From: Epiperipatus broadwayi
Taxonomy: Eukaryota; Animalia; Onychophora
Assembly: GCA_028023455.1 (NCBI GenBank)
Contig: JAQFVV010000010.1
Location: 5,704,001 to 5,768,000, forward strand
Length of the DNA: 64,000 nucleotides
Direction of reading: 5' to 3'
Below are positions 1-12,235 of the stretch, piece after piece (the first letter of the stretch is position 1; every line of letters starts with the position of its first letter). The notes below the pieces were generated by a model. It was not told the DNA's origin. It worked only from the letters and a program-made list of their open reading frames with translations, and ran no database searches. The translations under genes and the position numbers were made by a program.

Positions 1-19
1 TATAAGTGTTATTAACTAG

Positions 20-1650
20 GCTAAATTGGATTGTAGCAAGATAATCGTTACTATATTCTCGAAATTTTTATAGTAATGAACCGAATAGTTAAATTCCTGA
101 AGGAATAAACTCCATTGGATAAATCGGTTATTATTCAAATAGCCATGTTTTAAGAATTCTAGATTTTAATCACTATTACTTTGGATCTTATCAAAAACTG
201 GCAAAATTTTTGGAAATCCCATACAATAGCAAGAACTTTTTTCTATTATAGTATAATTAATGTCAGATCTTTTAGTAGATAGTTAATAAAATATAAAACT
301 CTGTTGGTCATCCTCTTGGACTCCGAACAATGTAGTCCTAGATCATGGGCACTACTATCGATCTGTCCATGAAAGTTTTTTGAAATCAGGGTATGAGAAT
401 ATAAATTGGTCAAGAAATTTGTCTTTTATGATCTAAATACTCTGATCATGATGAGAGGTCCATCTGCAAGGGATATTATTGTTTAATAATTGTAATATTA
501 GCTGGCTTCATTTTAGCTACAAAAGTCTTACAACCGATTGTAAAAGTTGCATAATCCTATAAATGATCTAAGAATGTTTTTGGTTCTAGAGATAGGAAAT
601 TCTTGAATTACCTGTGTCTTTTTATACTAAGGCCTAATACCATCTTCCCCAATTACATGGCCTAAAATTTAACTTCCTTGGTGGCTAGGGTATTTTTATC
701 AATATTTATTCTAATACCCTTATTATGACATTTTCAGAAAAGCAATTCCATCTGATATACTCCATAACATTCTTCAAAACAATGTCATTGACCTACCACT
801 AGATACTTGATCTCAGACAGCACTTATCTAGGCATTAGAACAATCCTGCATCACTATTTCTAAGCTTAAATGACATTCTATTAAAGTAATATGGATATCC
901 ATTATATCTAAAGGCAGTATACTGACAGGCTACAGGATATAATTTTATCTACCAATAACTAGAAATCAAATCAAATGTCAAGAAAATCATTTATTTTTTA
1001 AAAATTTAATTAATACCTCATAAATAGATAGTGGCTCATTTTGCTCTGGTATTGTAATCTTATTTCATTGATGTGCACCTAAGCACAGATGAAGCAATTC
1101 AATAGGGTTATTAAAGGGGGAAGAATGCTTAGATATTTCCCAATCTAATATTTGAGCCAGCAGTTTTTCCATTTCTATTTTGTATTGGTGTGAAATGGGA
1201 TAGGGATGACCATATTATGGTTGATCATTAGTTATCCTGATCTGATGCTCAACACTCTTATTGTTCCAGCCATATTAGAGAATACTTATACATAATCCTG
1301 AAATAAGTTCTCAAATTGATCCAAATATTTAATATTGATTAGTGGGATTCATGTAATTTTAATTGTATTTCTGATCATTGATCATCACTCTGTGTTCAGC
1401 ACATTGCCAAGGACATAATGGAAATATTTCATCATTGATTATGTTTCTCCATTTTAGATGATTCAGTATACATTGTCCTATGCATAAAGTCAGAGTCAAG
1501 AATTATCTCATGAATTAAACCAAGAATTAATAGAATGTGTTTAATAACTTTAAATCATTCAACTAGGAAGGGATGAAATTTAAATCAAAATGACCTTATT
1601 GACAACCAAGCATATTGATCATCATATTGAATATCAGCTCTACATTAAAA
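20..1650 (-). mobile_element. Decayed Ty3/Gypsy LTR retrotransposon pol (protease-RT-RNase H), cut by window start
   Basis: Minus-strand translation gives ordered, frameshifted pol motifs: SSPFNNPI (~1110-1135), RMSFKLRN resembling MPFGLKNA (~850-885), KEVKF-GHVIGKDGIRP (~630-680), DSSAHDLG (RNase H TDAS-like, ~345-365), EKVLAIVWDFQ (~210-240), NRFIQWSLFLQEF (~95-135). Confidence 0.8.
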
Positions 1651-3559
1651 AAAAAAATCCAGAGAGAATATTGGATGTCCAATAAAATGGGTTAAAATGC
1701 AGTAGTGCCATTCAATATTTCCATTTTGTTGAATTGGATGGATAAGAAAATTTATATTGAATGTGTGTAATGGTTGAATATTAGTAATAGTGTAATAATA
1801 AAAATTTCAATTTATTTAAAGTGCAAAACGACAAACAATGGTCGGTTATAGAATACACATTCAAATAATAGTAATAATAATAGTAATCTTATAAATGACA
1901 AAATGATAAAGAGGTATAGAGAAAAGAAGTAAATTTGGGGGGAAAGGTATGAAAGATATGTACATTTTAATTTTAGGGCTTTTCTGAACTAATTAAAATC
2001 AAGATGAAGAATATTGCTATTCATAAAATTCTTATTACAGGTATGAATTATACAGAACAAGGGTGAGAACTTGGATGGATATTTGAATGACAAGGAATTA
2101 GAGGTCTGTGTGACCTAGTACAGTATTGAGAGATGGGGATGATATATTGAAAGCCAATCTGAGGTAATTGTAAATTTGAAGATGATCTTAAATAAATATA
2201 TAATGTCTCTGATTTTTCTTCTTTACATCAGAGAAAATATTAAAACTATCAGTAAAATAATTATATTTAAAGTATTTCAGAAATATGGAATGAATTTTTG
2301 AGTATATTTTTTGTCATGAAGATTGCAAATAACATAATAATAATTTAATTTATTAAAGCAAATACTCTTGTGATAAAAATATCATATATAGAATTAACAA
2401 AAAAATGTACATATGAAATTTCGAACAAAATATTAATAAAAGTTAATTAGAAGTAAAAAGTTTTTCATTATTATTAATTACAATCCACAACTTTTTAAAT
2501 TTTGCTCTTGGTAAATGATTAACATTAATTTTAATGTTCTTCATAAATAAAATATTTGGGGCCAAGATATCATTTTTGACACCTACAATGGTTTTAAAAA
2601 ATATTGGTTCTATTAATAAACCATAATCATATGATATGGTTAACATTATTATTTGAAATCATTTTATTGTTTTCTTTATTTTTAAAATAGTCACATAAAA
2701 TGTTTAAAGTAAATAATTGGTTGCTGGTTAAAACTCCATATTTAAAAAATTCCAATATTTTCAAATCAAAAGATTTAAACAAAATAATTGTTAATGTAAA
2801 ATTTTGAAATTTTATTATTAATATATTGTTTATTAAAATAAATACATTCATTACATTAATTCATTTGAATACAGTTCAAAATATATTTACACAAATACCC
2901 AAATTTCATTCTTCTACTAAGCCCTAGTTGTACTTTTATGTAGAAGAAATTTTTTATAACGTTTTAAATATTTACATGAAATTTTAAACATTATATAAAA
3001 TATGCCAATAATAACAATAATAAATTACATTTCAATAATATATTATATAATAAAAATGATTATTCAACATTAGATACTAGTCTATTTTTTCTATACTGTA
3101 TACTAATTTTCCCCCTTTCCCCTCTCTTTAATATATTTTTTAATTTTTTTTATTATTTCCCTATAATATTGCAAGATTCTTAATTCACTAGGTAAATTAT
3201 TAAAAAATTTAGGAACATAAAGATTTCTTACTTTAGTTCCATATTTATTACAATATTTTGAAACTGTGTATATATCTGTTTTACTTATTTTTGAGCCATT
3301 TCAATTAATCACTTGGGGGATGTTTTATTTTATGTATTTTACCGATTTCCGTGTATGTGTGTACTTTTTTAAAATTTACATATTTTGAGCAATTTCTTTG
3401 AAAAAAATTTAATGATTATGTGCTTCCTGAAGGGCATTGAAGCGTTGTCTACCGGCACATTATGACGCACCCAACAGTACCTGAAAATATAACATATCTA
3501 GAATGAAATAAACATTGAATAGATCCAAAAAATGTAAGTATATTTAAATAGCTTTGAGC

Positions 3560-4600
3560 AGCATAAGGAATTTTTCCAGAAATATCTATATTTAAGTCAT
3601 AATAATCATAATGTCTTATCATTTAACTTAATAAGTAAATTATAATTCACTAAAAATATCAACTGAACATAGGCAAAACCTACACAAAGCAAAAAGTGTT
3701 AATTTGTCATAATCTAAAATAGACAGAATAATCAAAATGTACATCAATAAAAATCACATAAAGATTGATTTATAATAAACTAACATTCCATCTGATCTGA
3801 TGAATTTCCTTGTAATTAATAAGGTTGTCTTTCATATTCATTTATCCAGATCTCTGACAAAATTATTATATCAAATGAATAATCAAGTGAAAGTAAGTTT
3901 ACCAATAACATCAGAGTATTTTCTCACATTAGGTATAGTTATATAAAAAATGTTAAAATTTTCAATAGCTAATTTATTTTCTATTGTCAAACAATTTTTG
4001 GAAGAGAATTCATGTCATAAATTAGACAAATCAGATTCAGAATTAATCCTAATAGCCGTATCTTTCCTCCATCAAATGCTACCATCTTTAATCCAAACAA
4101 ATCAATAACTATTTTCTTTAGCCATTGCACATGATTTCCAAAGTAATTCCTATTTTTTGGCAATAAATCTTCATTTAAATATATGTGCTTATCAGATGTA
4201 ATATTGCACAAAATATCAGATATAATTTAATTTTTTTACTGTCTGACAAGAATAAATCTCTAATCATTTTAGAAACAAAATTTTTATTGCAGTCTAAATT
4301 TTTTTTTCCCCATGTGTCATAGCATCAGCCGGGAAGTGAACCCGCCAACCTGGGACAACTGCCGTAAAGCAGCTGTCGCTGACCTCTCGACCACCAATGC
4401 TTGACAAAGTCTAAATTTATCTCTATATATAGATGTAATATTATTTTTATTAGTCTGACAATTCTAATTTTTTAACTATGTTTTCTGCAATATTAAATAA
4501 ATTTTCATTTTCAGCAGATTCTATCCAACAATTTCAATATTATTTTCTAATCTTTGCAGCTTTAAATAAAAAAATATTTTTTTTTGAAAGCTACATAATA
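3560..4600 (-). mobile_element. Decayed LINE 5' region: ORF1 C-terminus plus APE endonuclease start, interrupted by a SINE
   Basis: ORF 3987..4211 has IYLNEDLLP...DGGKIR, typical of CR1/L2/Jockey-type ORF1. NNIEIVG lies near 4530-4550. The downstream frame reads SLDYSFDIIILSEIWIN and SDGMLVYYK (APE motifs) at ~3780-3900. Confidence 0.65.
4302..4407 (-). mobile_element. tRNA-derived mini-SINE with A-tail and 11-bp TSD
   Basis: Minus strand has A-box TGGTCGAGAGG, B-box-like GGTTCACTTCC, a foldable cloverleaf and a short A-run tail. Identical AGTCTAAATTT flanks at 4291-4301 and 4408-4418. Confidence 0.8.
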
Positions 4601-4664
4601 ATCTTCAATAAAATATCACATGACCTGTCATATGACTTCAGCTTATAAATTGCTGTTTTAGTAG

Positions 4665-4961
4665 CATACTTTTTCATCTTCTTTATGCCACTTATAGTAA
4701 ACTTTAGAATGCAATAGTAGATGCCAATTGATAGTGCTTAATAAATCTCTGTCTTGTGCTAGACCAGTTTCAAGCTTATGGCTTTCATCAGTGGCATATC
4801 CAAGATTCAAAGTTCCTCACTAATGAAAGCCATAAGCTTGAAACTAGTCTGGGATATTTGGATAGAAAAGCACAGGATAAGGATTTATTAAGCACTATCA
4901 TCTGGCAACTATCATTGCTTTTTAAAGCTTATATTAAGTGGCATAAAGATGAAAAAGTATG
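4665..4961. repeat. Imperfect long inverted repeat (foldback/MITE-like)
   Basis: Arm 4665-4793 is the reverse complement of arm 4818-4961, with one ~17-nt insertion in the right arm and a ~24-nt spacer. Confidence 0.75.
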
Positions 4962-6689
4962 GTAAAAAAAAGAATCCTGTCTTTTACCTTTTCTTGTATA
5001 TAATTTTAATTACTGATATGTCCTGAGAGTATTTGAATACTAATTCGGCAGCATTGAAGAGTTTTAAATAAATCTAACTACAAAGTTTATTATAAAGTTG
5101 TAATTAATAATTTGTTAAGCACATATTCATTATCTTAATATATATTACTTTGGTAATGAGTATGCGTTTAATAAATTATTAATTATAACTTTAAATTGTC
5201 TTAAAAGATTTCTAATTATAAGAGCTTCGCACTGACTCGCTGTAAATCAAAAGATTTTGTGTAAGTTAGCTTGTAAAAAAATTGTAGACTTAATCAGTGA
5301 AGTAGTTAAAAGCTTCACCCTCTCAAATCAAAATGCTTTAGATTCACCTATATAATTAAAAAGTAGGTCGAAGATAAGTGGCCACTCTTATCTTTTAAAG
5401 TTGTTAATCTTGTGTTAAGATTTGTAGAGGTCCCTACTGTCGCATTTAGGCACATAGTTTTAAGGTTATATCCTCAATATATATTACAAAGTTTATTATA
5501 ACAAAATAAATTTATTTAATATCAATAAATAATAAGAAAAGAACTAGTAAAATAATGAAATAATGAAGAGAAATTTTAGTAGAAATCTCTAGTTTATAAA
5601 TAAATTTTTGCATATGTAAATCACTTTTTACATATGCTCAATAAATAAATATATTTCTATTGCAGTGCAGATTAATTGAAGTCCTTCATATCCCCATTTG
5701 ATAATAATTGCAATATACACATATACATTAGGAACATATATCTATTATAACTATAACACCATTATTCAGAATATCAGCTGCCACAGTAATCCGTGAATCA
5801 TACTCACATTTGTTACATTTCTTCATAGTTTATTATACGCATTAGCTTCTTTATAAGCACATTGGCCTCTTCATTATTCAAATTGGCCTTTATTACAAGC
5901 AATGGCTTATTCATAAATCCTAGAAGGGTTTTTCTATATGACTCCAATTATGACTCATTCTTCTTCATTTGCATAATTTACATTTAAATGTATGCATCGA
6001 CATATATACATTTTCTAGACTAGTTTAATACAATAACAAGATAATTTATTCATATAGTCTTCACATATATACATAGTAAAAATAAATCTTTATTTACAAT
6101 CACGTGTATATATATATATTATACATGCACCGATAGTTTAACCACTGTTTTCTGATATTATTCTGAACAGTGCCACTGCTAGGCTGATTCTCAACTGTCT
6201 GCAAAATCAAACTTTGTGCCCCTATCCCAACAAATTAGCTTAATTTTTTTGTCATAATTGTGTGAAAATAATTTATAAGAAAAACCTGAGTAAAAGCATT
6301 TGGATGATTTATGAGCCTGTTTCATTTTTGTGAATTTTGAAGTGTCCTGTTGTTTATTACAACATATAGAGCTCTCATTATCAAACATAAAACCCAATTA
6401 AATATGACTCACCCAAATCTTTATCACCACCCAAAAGTCAAAGAATTTTTCAAATATCAATCAGTTCATTGTATGCAGAGTTAGAAGCATTTTAGTGCAG
6501 ACATCTGGTCAAAGTGTTTTATAAAGCCCGCAAACTGGCAAAAAAATTAAATATACATTTTTCTTGACCGTGCTTAACTATGTAAAGGCTGTACAAATCA
6601 AATTAAAAATATGTACAGTATTTATTATATAGATATTTATTATAATTTTCTAGATTTTATATTTACAGAAATATTATTTTCAATATTTA

Positions 6690-8930
6690 TCATTTTAGAT
6701 CGATATTATTGCCAAATTGTCTAATTTTAATTGTATTTGTTCACAAATACATTTCAATTAATTTAAGTTTTGAGAATGGCCATTCACCAGTTGTACTCTC
6801 ACTGGCAAGCTTAATAATATTCTTAAAATAATTTCTAAATTTGGAAACGGCAAATTTGTTTTAATAAAATTTAAAATATCTAGAGGATTTTTTATTTTTT
6901 TCCAGATTAAAAATATCATGATATGCTCATATTTCATTGAATAATTTACTGCATAAATATCTTATTTTTTTCGCCATTTTTTATGAGACTTCTAATTCTT
7001 TGAATTTTTTCTTAAGTTCTTATTATTTATATCAGTTTTTATAAAAACTAAAATTACTAATATGTAGTTTAAATTGATTAAAAAAGTTTGTTTAACAATG
7101 CCCATAAGTATATAAAACACATTTATTCTGAATTTATCTTCTGGTGTTTGTAGGGTCTCTCATGATGGTTTCTCCATTTACATCATCACTTACTTGTTTT
7201 ACTATTTCAAGGACTTTTGTTATAATTTCAAATCTGATCGATATTGTAGTATGAATGTTTTTAAATTTTCAATTGCTTCTAAAACAAATGTTATATTCAT
7301 ATTTTTATTCATATTTTGATCCTTTTAGTTACATAGTATTACAATGCCATAGCAAGATACATGTTGAATCATGTTAGAGAATGTATGGGCTTCATGTTGA
7401 ATTTTTCACTATTTAAAATTTCAAAAAGCACATCATATTTTTCTTAAAGTTGAAATCCTAGTGGACAAATTGTTTTCCTAATGGATTTCTGATGTTCTAG
7501 TATTAAATTTGAAACAAATTGTAATAGAATTCCCCAATAATGAGTTGAAGATGAAAATAAATTTTATGTTTGAATTATTGCAAATTATGCTATTGATTTC
7601 AGTTGGAATGGCTTTTCTTCAGTTATTATTAGCTTGAATGTTTATTAACTTGAGAATGTAAATTAGTTTGAATACCATGGTTGTTTTATGAGTAGAAATA
7701 TGAACTTAGTACATTAACTTCTGCTGCATTGTTTATCATCAAATTAAGTATATATGTAGCACAAGATACAAAAAAGTGAAGATTTTTTGTTAGAATTATA
7801 TTTTGGATTCCTTTTTTCTTAGCTCTCATGTTTGACTCATTATCATATCCTTGGCCCTGCATGTCATCAATAGAAATGTTCCACTCTTCCAGTTATAATT
7901 TCAAACAAACTATGGTCATTTGAATCATGAATTTTTATAAAATCTAAGAAGTGTTCTCTAATATCAAGTGTTCCATACAAAAATCATTTGTTCCATTTAC
8001 TTACATCAGGAGTGCAGTCTAATATTATGGAATAATTTTTAGATTTTCAAACTGATTTTAAAATTTGATTTCTTATTGCAGTGCTCAATATTTCTATTAA
8101 TTCATTTTGACTGTCTTTGGTCAAATAATGCACACTTTTAGTTTTCCGCAGAGCTCTTTCAACATGACTTTTCAGAAAAGGATCAAATTTGACTAGGAAT
8201 TCTACTAGTTTTTGACCACTGATGTTTTATTTTAATTAATCTTTCCAAAGTGTTTGACCAATGTTTCTTTTCCATATCATATATATGTTGTGTTTAATGA
8301 CCAATTGTATTTTTGTTCTGTAATTTTTTTCTAATTCTATTTCAAAAAAATATTCATATGAGCTAAACTTAGTTTCATGTTTATGTAAAATTTTAGATAA
8401 ATTTCACTAATGTTTATAATCTTTTACAAGAGTATTAGATTCAGCAAGTGCAAAAAACTTTCAACAAAAGGAGAAAACAGAATTAAAATACTTTGAATAA
8501 ATTAACCATGTTCTTGTTACAGTCTTTATTTTCTTTTGGTAGTACACATTACTAAATTTATATCCCTTGGATATTATAATTTTGTTTTGAGAGAACTCAT
8601 TTGAATTAATGTTACTCATAACCTGTCATCAATTTTTGGCCATTTTCCAATATCTTCTATATCATCTAAATTCATCAAAACTGAAAATTGGTTACTTTGA
8701 GGCTCTTTTTCAAATAAATCTTGTTAGACGTCTTTATTCATTAGTTTTAACTTTTGAGGTGAGCAACATTCATATCGATTGCTAATTAATGACTTTGATC
8801 AGTATCAAAAGTTTTAGTTTTTTGATAAAATTCCCTGGCATGTTTTTAATGAGTTCATCCTTTGCCCCTTTACATTTGCGATTTTATGAACCAGATATTT
8901 TTTTTGTTTTTTTTCCATGTTTTATAATTA
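6690..8930 (-). mobile_element. Decayed hAT transposase, ZMYM1-like (TTF zinc finger, DUF4371, hAT dimerisation domain)
   Basis: Motifs on the minus strand: RTWLIYSKYFNSVFSFC, VEFLVKFDP, SIILDCTPDVS, DMQGQGYDNESNM, FPNLEIILRILLSLPV...FSKLKLI. Many stops and frameshifts. Confidence 0.85.
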
Positions 8931-9694
8931 GAACTAAAAGTTATTTAATTTTTTTACTGTGAAAATTTTCTAATTAAAAAGAGTTTAATTTATTAAAATT
9001 CTATCAGTTACAGAAATGGATAAAACCAGAAGTTTATTTGTAACTAAAATATAATTTACAATTTGTTTAATGCATAATAAACTAATTTACAAACTATATT
9101 TTTTCTATTTTGTTTTAAAATACCAGCTTTTAAAATGTAATTCTTCTAATGAATGCACAGATCTGTATACCAGAATGTAAGAAATTATTTGCTTAGGGTG
9201 CACACATGTGCTCACTGTATGACAATTGAAAGCCTGTCACCACTATTATAAACCTACTCAATTTTCATGTTCACTTACCTTATTAATGTTATCTATAGTA
9301 ATATCTTTGTCTAAAGCTCAACTATTGTTCAACATAATTATCCTTTTATGTCCAACTTTGCCTACTCATTGAATAAGGATTTCTTTAAAATCACAAACAA
9401 CAATTCCTATACTTGCAGAGATCTATATAAATGAGAACTGGTCATCAATGAATGTTGATAATATTTATATGTACTTCATGATCAAACAGTCACCATCTGC
9501 AATGTAGGCTCACTTATGCTAGTCCCAATTCTGAAGTGAACTGTGTTCTAAACTAAGTTTAATAAAAGACTCTGATAAAGAATCAAAATTATTTTGTAAA
9601 ATAGGTAGCACATCAAGTTTACTATTTATCTGCTTTAACAATTCAAAAATAGTATTCTTTTTTGAAAAATCAGTATTAGATGCATCAGTACTTT

Positions 9695-11190
9695 GGTATT
9701 AAACCTGCGATGTTGGGGAGATAGGAGAATTCTCATATCCACGACGACTCTTGGAACGATGATTGGCGCTCACAATTGAAAGAAAATCCATGCGAGAGGT
9801 GTGAAAATGTGCATTTCCTTACATGCGACATTGGGGAGATAGGAGACTTCTCACATCCACAATGAATCTTGGACCGACCATCGATGCTCACAATTGAAAG
9901 AAAATACTCAGTGTGAGAAGTGTGAAAATGTGTATTTCCTTATTGTGACGTTGTGATGATGGAACGACCAATGGTGCTCACAATTGAATAATCCATGAGA
10001 GATGTCAAAATGTGGCTTTCCTTAGTGCGATCTTTTGGATTTGTTAATGTCTCCACATTAGCTTTTGCTGTGCTTTCTGTGAGACTTTTATTGAATTTCT
10101 GTGAGATTTTTATTGAGATTTCTGTGCGTTTTTCATTGAGATTTTTCCATTTTGTAAAATGATGAATATGTGGAAATTACCTACTACTGAGATTGAAGGA
10201 GTCATGTATTTCCAAGAGCAAGGCATACTGCCGTCGGTGAAAGTCTGTCCAAATGAACATAATATGACCTTGTACATTCATGTCAGATAAGCAATGGCAT
10301 TGTGATGTCCGAGGATGCGACAAAAAATTGATATATGGAAGCAGACATGGCTGGAAGGCTCGCAAATTCCTATTCTAACTGCAATATGGTTCATTTATAG
10401 CCAGTCATGGAAGCTAACAACTACTGAGATTGAAGCAGTCATGTATTTCCAAGAGCAAGGCATACTGCCATCGGTGAAAGTCTGTCCAAATGAACATAAT
10501 ACGATCTTGTACATTCATACATCAGATAAGCAATGGTGCTGTAATGTCCGAGGATGCGACAAAAAAATTGGGATATGGAAGCAGACATGGCCGGAAGGCT
10601 CAAAATTCCTATTCTAACTGCAATATGGTTCATTTATAGCCGGTCATGGAAGCTAACATCGATCAAATGGGGAGAACATGAGCTCAGTTTGGCAAGTAAA
10701 ACAGTCGTTGATTGAAACAATTATATGAGGGAAATTTGCATAATGACTATATTAAATCGTGTACACCGCAAAATTAGAGGACCTAACAAAATAGTGGAAA
10801 TAAATGAAAGCTTATTTTCCAGAAGGAAAAATCATGCAGACTGAATACTCCCAGAACAATGGATGTTTGGTGGATTATGTCATGAAACAGATGAAGGCTT
10901 CATCATCCAAATCGAATATCGGACAGCAAAAACTCTAAAGGAAGCCATTCAAAGTAATGTTGAAGAGGGCTCAACTATATATTCGGATTGCTGGAAAGTT
11001 TATAAAACAGAAGAATTATGTGAAGCTGGTTATGATCACTTCCAAGTAAATCACATTCTACAATTTCGTAAATCCGGATACTGGAGTGCATACCCAAAAT
11101 ATTGATTAAGGCAATTACTCATTCAAATTCTGTCATGACTTTGCTGCATCCAGATAGCAACAAGTAATTCGTTTATTTAACAAAGAATAT
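9695..11190 (+). mobile_element. Merlin (ISXO2-like/IS1595-related) DNA transposon, decayed
   Basis: Transposase remnants: C-x-C zinc-binding N-terminus, VEINESLFSRRKNH, WMFGGLCHET, STIYSDCW, VNH...VNPDTGVHTQNI. A GGT-starting left end at 9695 is plausible; the right TIR was not found. Confidence 0.8.
9706..10030 (+). repeat. Subterminal tandem repeat, ~118-120 bp unit, ~2.7 copies
   Basis: Units start at 9706, 9824 and 9944, sharing TGCGA..TTGGGGAGATAGGAGA, GCTCACAATTGAA and GTGAAAATGTG..TTTCCTTA (third copy partly deleted). Confidence 0.8.
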
Positions 11191-11574
11191 TTACATAATT
11201 TTACACAGCCTAGTTAAGACCCAACAGAATAATATTAAGGTTGAAGTGACCTGTATATGACAAACCCTAATCATGCATTTGACTTAATGAGGCAGGGGTC
11301 TCTGAATTACTTCAACACCAGAACAGAAAATTTTGGGTTTAGGGGATTTATATATTCATTTAGATTACTGGAGTCTTTATATGTCTTATCATATATGATG
11401 TTTCTTATAAACATTTTGACCTTATAAAGTTAGGTATGTAATTCTACATTACAGTTGCATGACTTAACAAGTTTGATATATCAGTACCTTCTTGATTACA
11501 ATGGTTTATATTTCCTGCTTCGGAATATCGTAGCCTGTTTATGCTTGTATACTCTCACATATTTTAGCTTATTA

Positions 11575-11665
11575 TACATAATTATGATCATAATTACTAC
11601 ACATAAATACTACCATAATTATTACACATAACTACTATTATAATTATTATTATAATTATTATATT
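11575..11665. repeat. (ATT/ATA)-rich simple repeat
   Basis: Repeated ataattat/acacataa motifs. Confidence 0.5.
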
Positions 11666-12235
11666 TTGTTTACATGCATTTATTATAAAAGACCTGCCCT
11701 TAGACATGGCAATCTGAAAAATACTATTTTTGATATAAGTGCATGACCTTAGAAAATGGAGACTTGAATTATTCAAATTCTTTTTCCCCTTTAACTCTCT
11801 ATGGATATAAAAACTAATTAGTGAAAAAAAAATGATAAGGAAAATGTTGATACTTTTGAAATATATGGGCAACAAAAAATAAGATCATGCAAATCAATCA
11901 GATTAGACCTAAATCTTTTTTTTTTTTAATAAAAAACATCAAGTTGAAACTATCCTATTTTGATCATTTCATGAAACAATCTAATTCACTAGCAAAATAG
12001 TGAAAGAAAAGAGATGGATAGACTATATCACTAATATTCCCTGGAATAACTTGAAAATTTCAGATATTTAATTCTAAAGAACCGATTACAAGATAGAAAC
12101 ACCAACATATTATATAGCGTTTTTTTTTTTTTTTAATAAACCAGATACTCTATTTATAAAATAGATTTAAATATGCTTGTATGTTTAAGTTGTTGCAATG
12201 GAAATGATAAGCAGAAAAAAAAGTGGCAGTTAGCT

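Noticed and set aside
1920-2400. Purine-rich stretch resembling a retroelement RT fragment
   Set aside because: Only one weak DD-like motif; no ordered motif series.
2443-2851. Two overlapping minus-strand ORFs as a host gene
   Set aside because: Low-complexity I/N/K/F composition expected from AT-rich DNA; no domain or splice support.
4321-4401. Functional tRNA, possibly a TTA ochre suppressor
   Set aside because: The anticodon loop is 6 nt, the T-loop is degenerate, and there is an A-tail with a TSD; it aligns better with tRNA-Val(TAC). The host exons contain no in-frame stops suggesting recoding.
5020-5488. Solo LTR (TGTAAT start on the minus strand, AATAAA)
   Set aside because: No matching TSD or second copy in the window.
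9380-9560. OTU-like ADGDCL motif on the minus strand
   Set aside because: A single short motif; the other catalytic residues could not be placed.
9706-10030. CRISPR-like array
   Set aside because: Whole ~118-bp units are similar, with no unique spacers; eukaryotic context and no cas genes.
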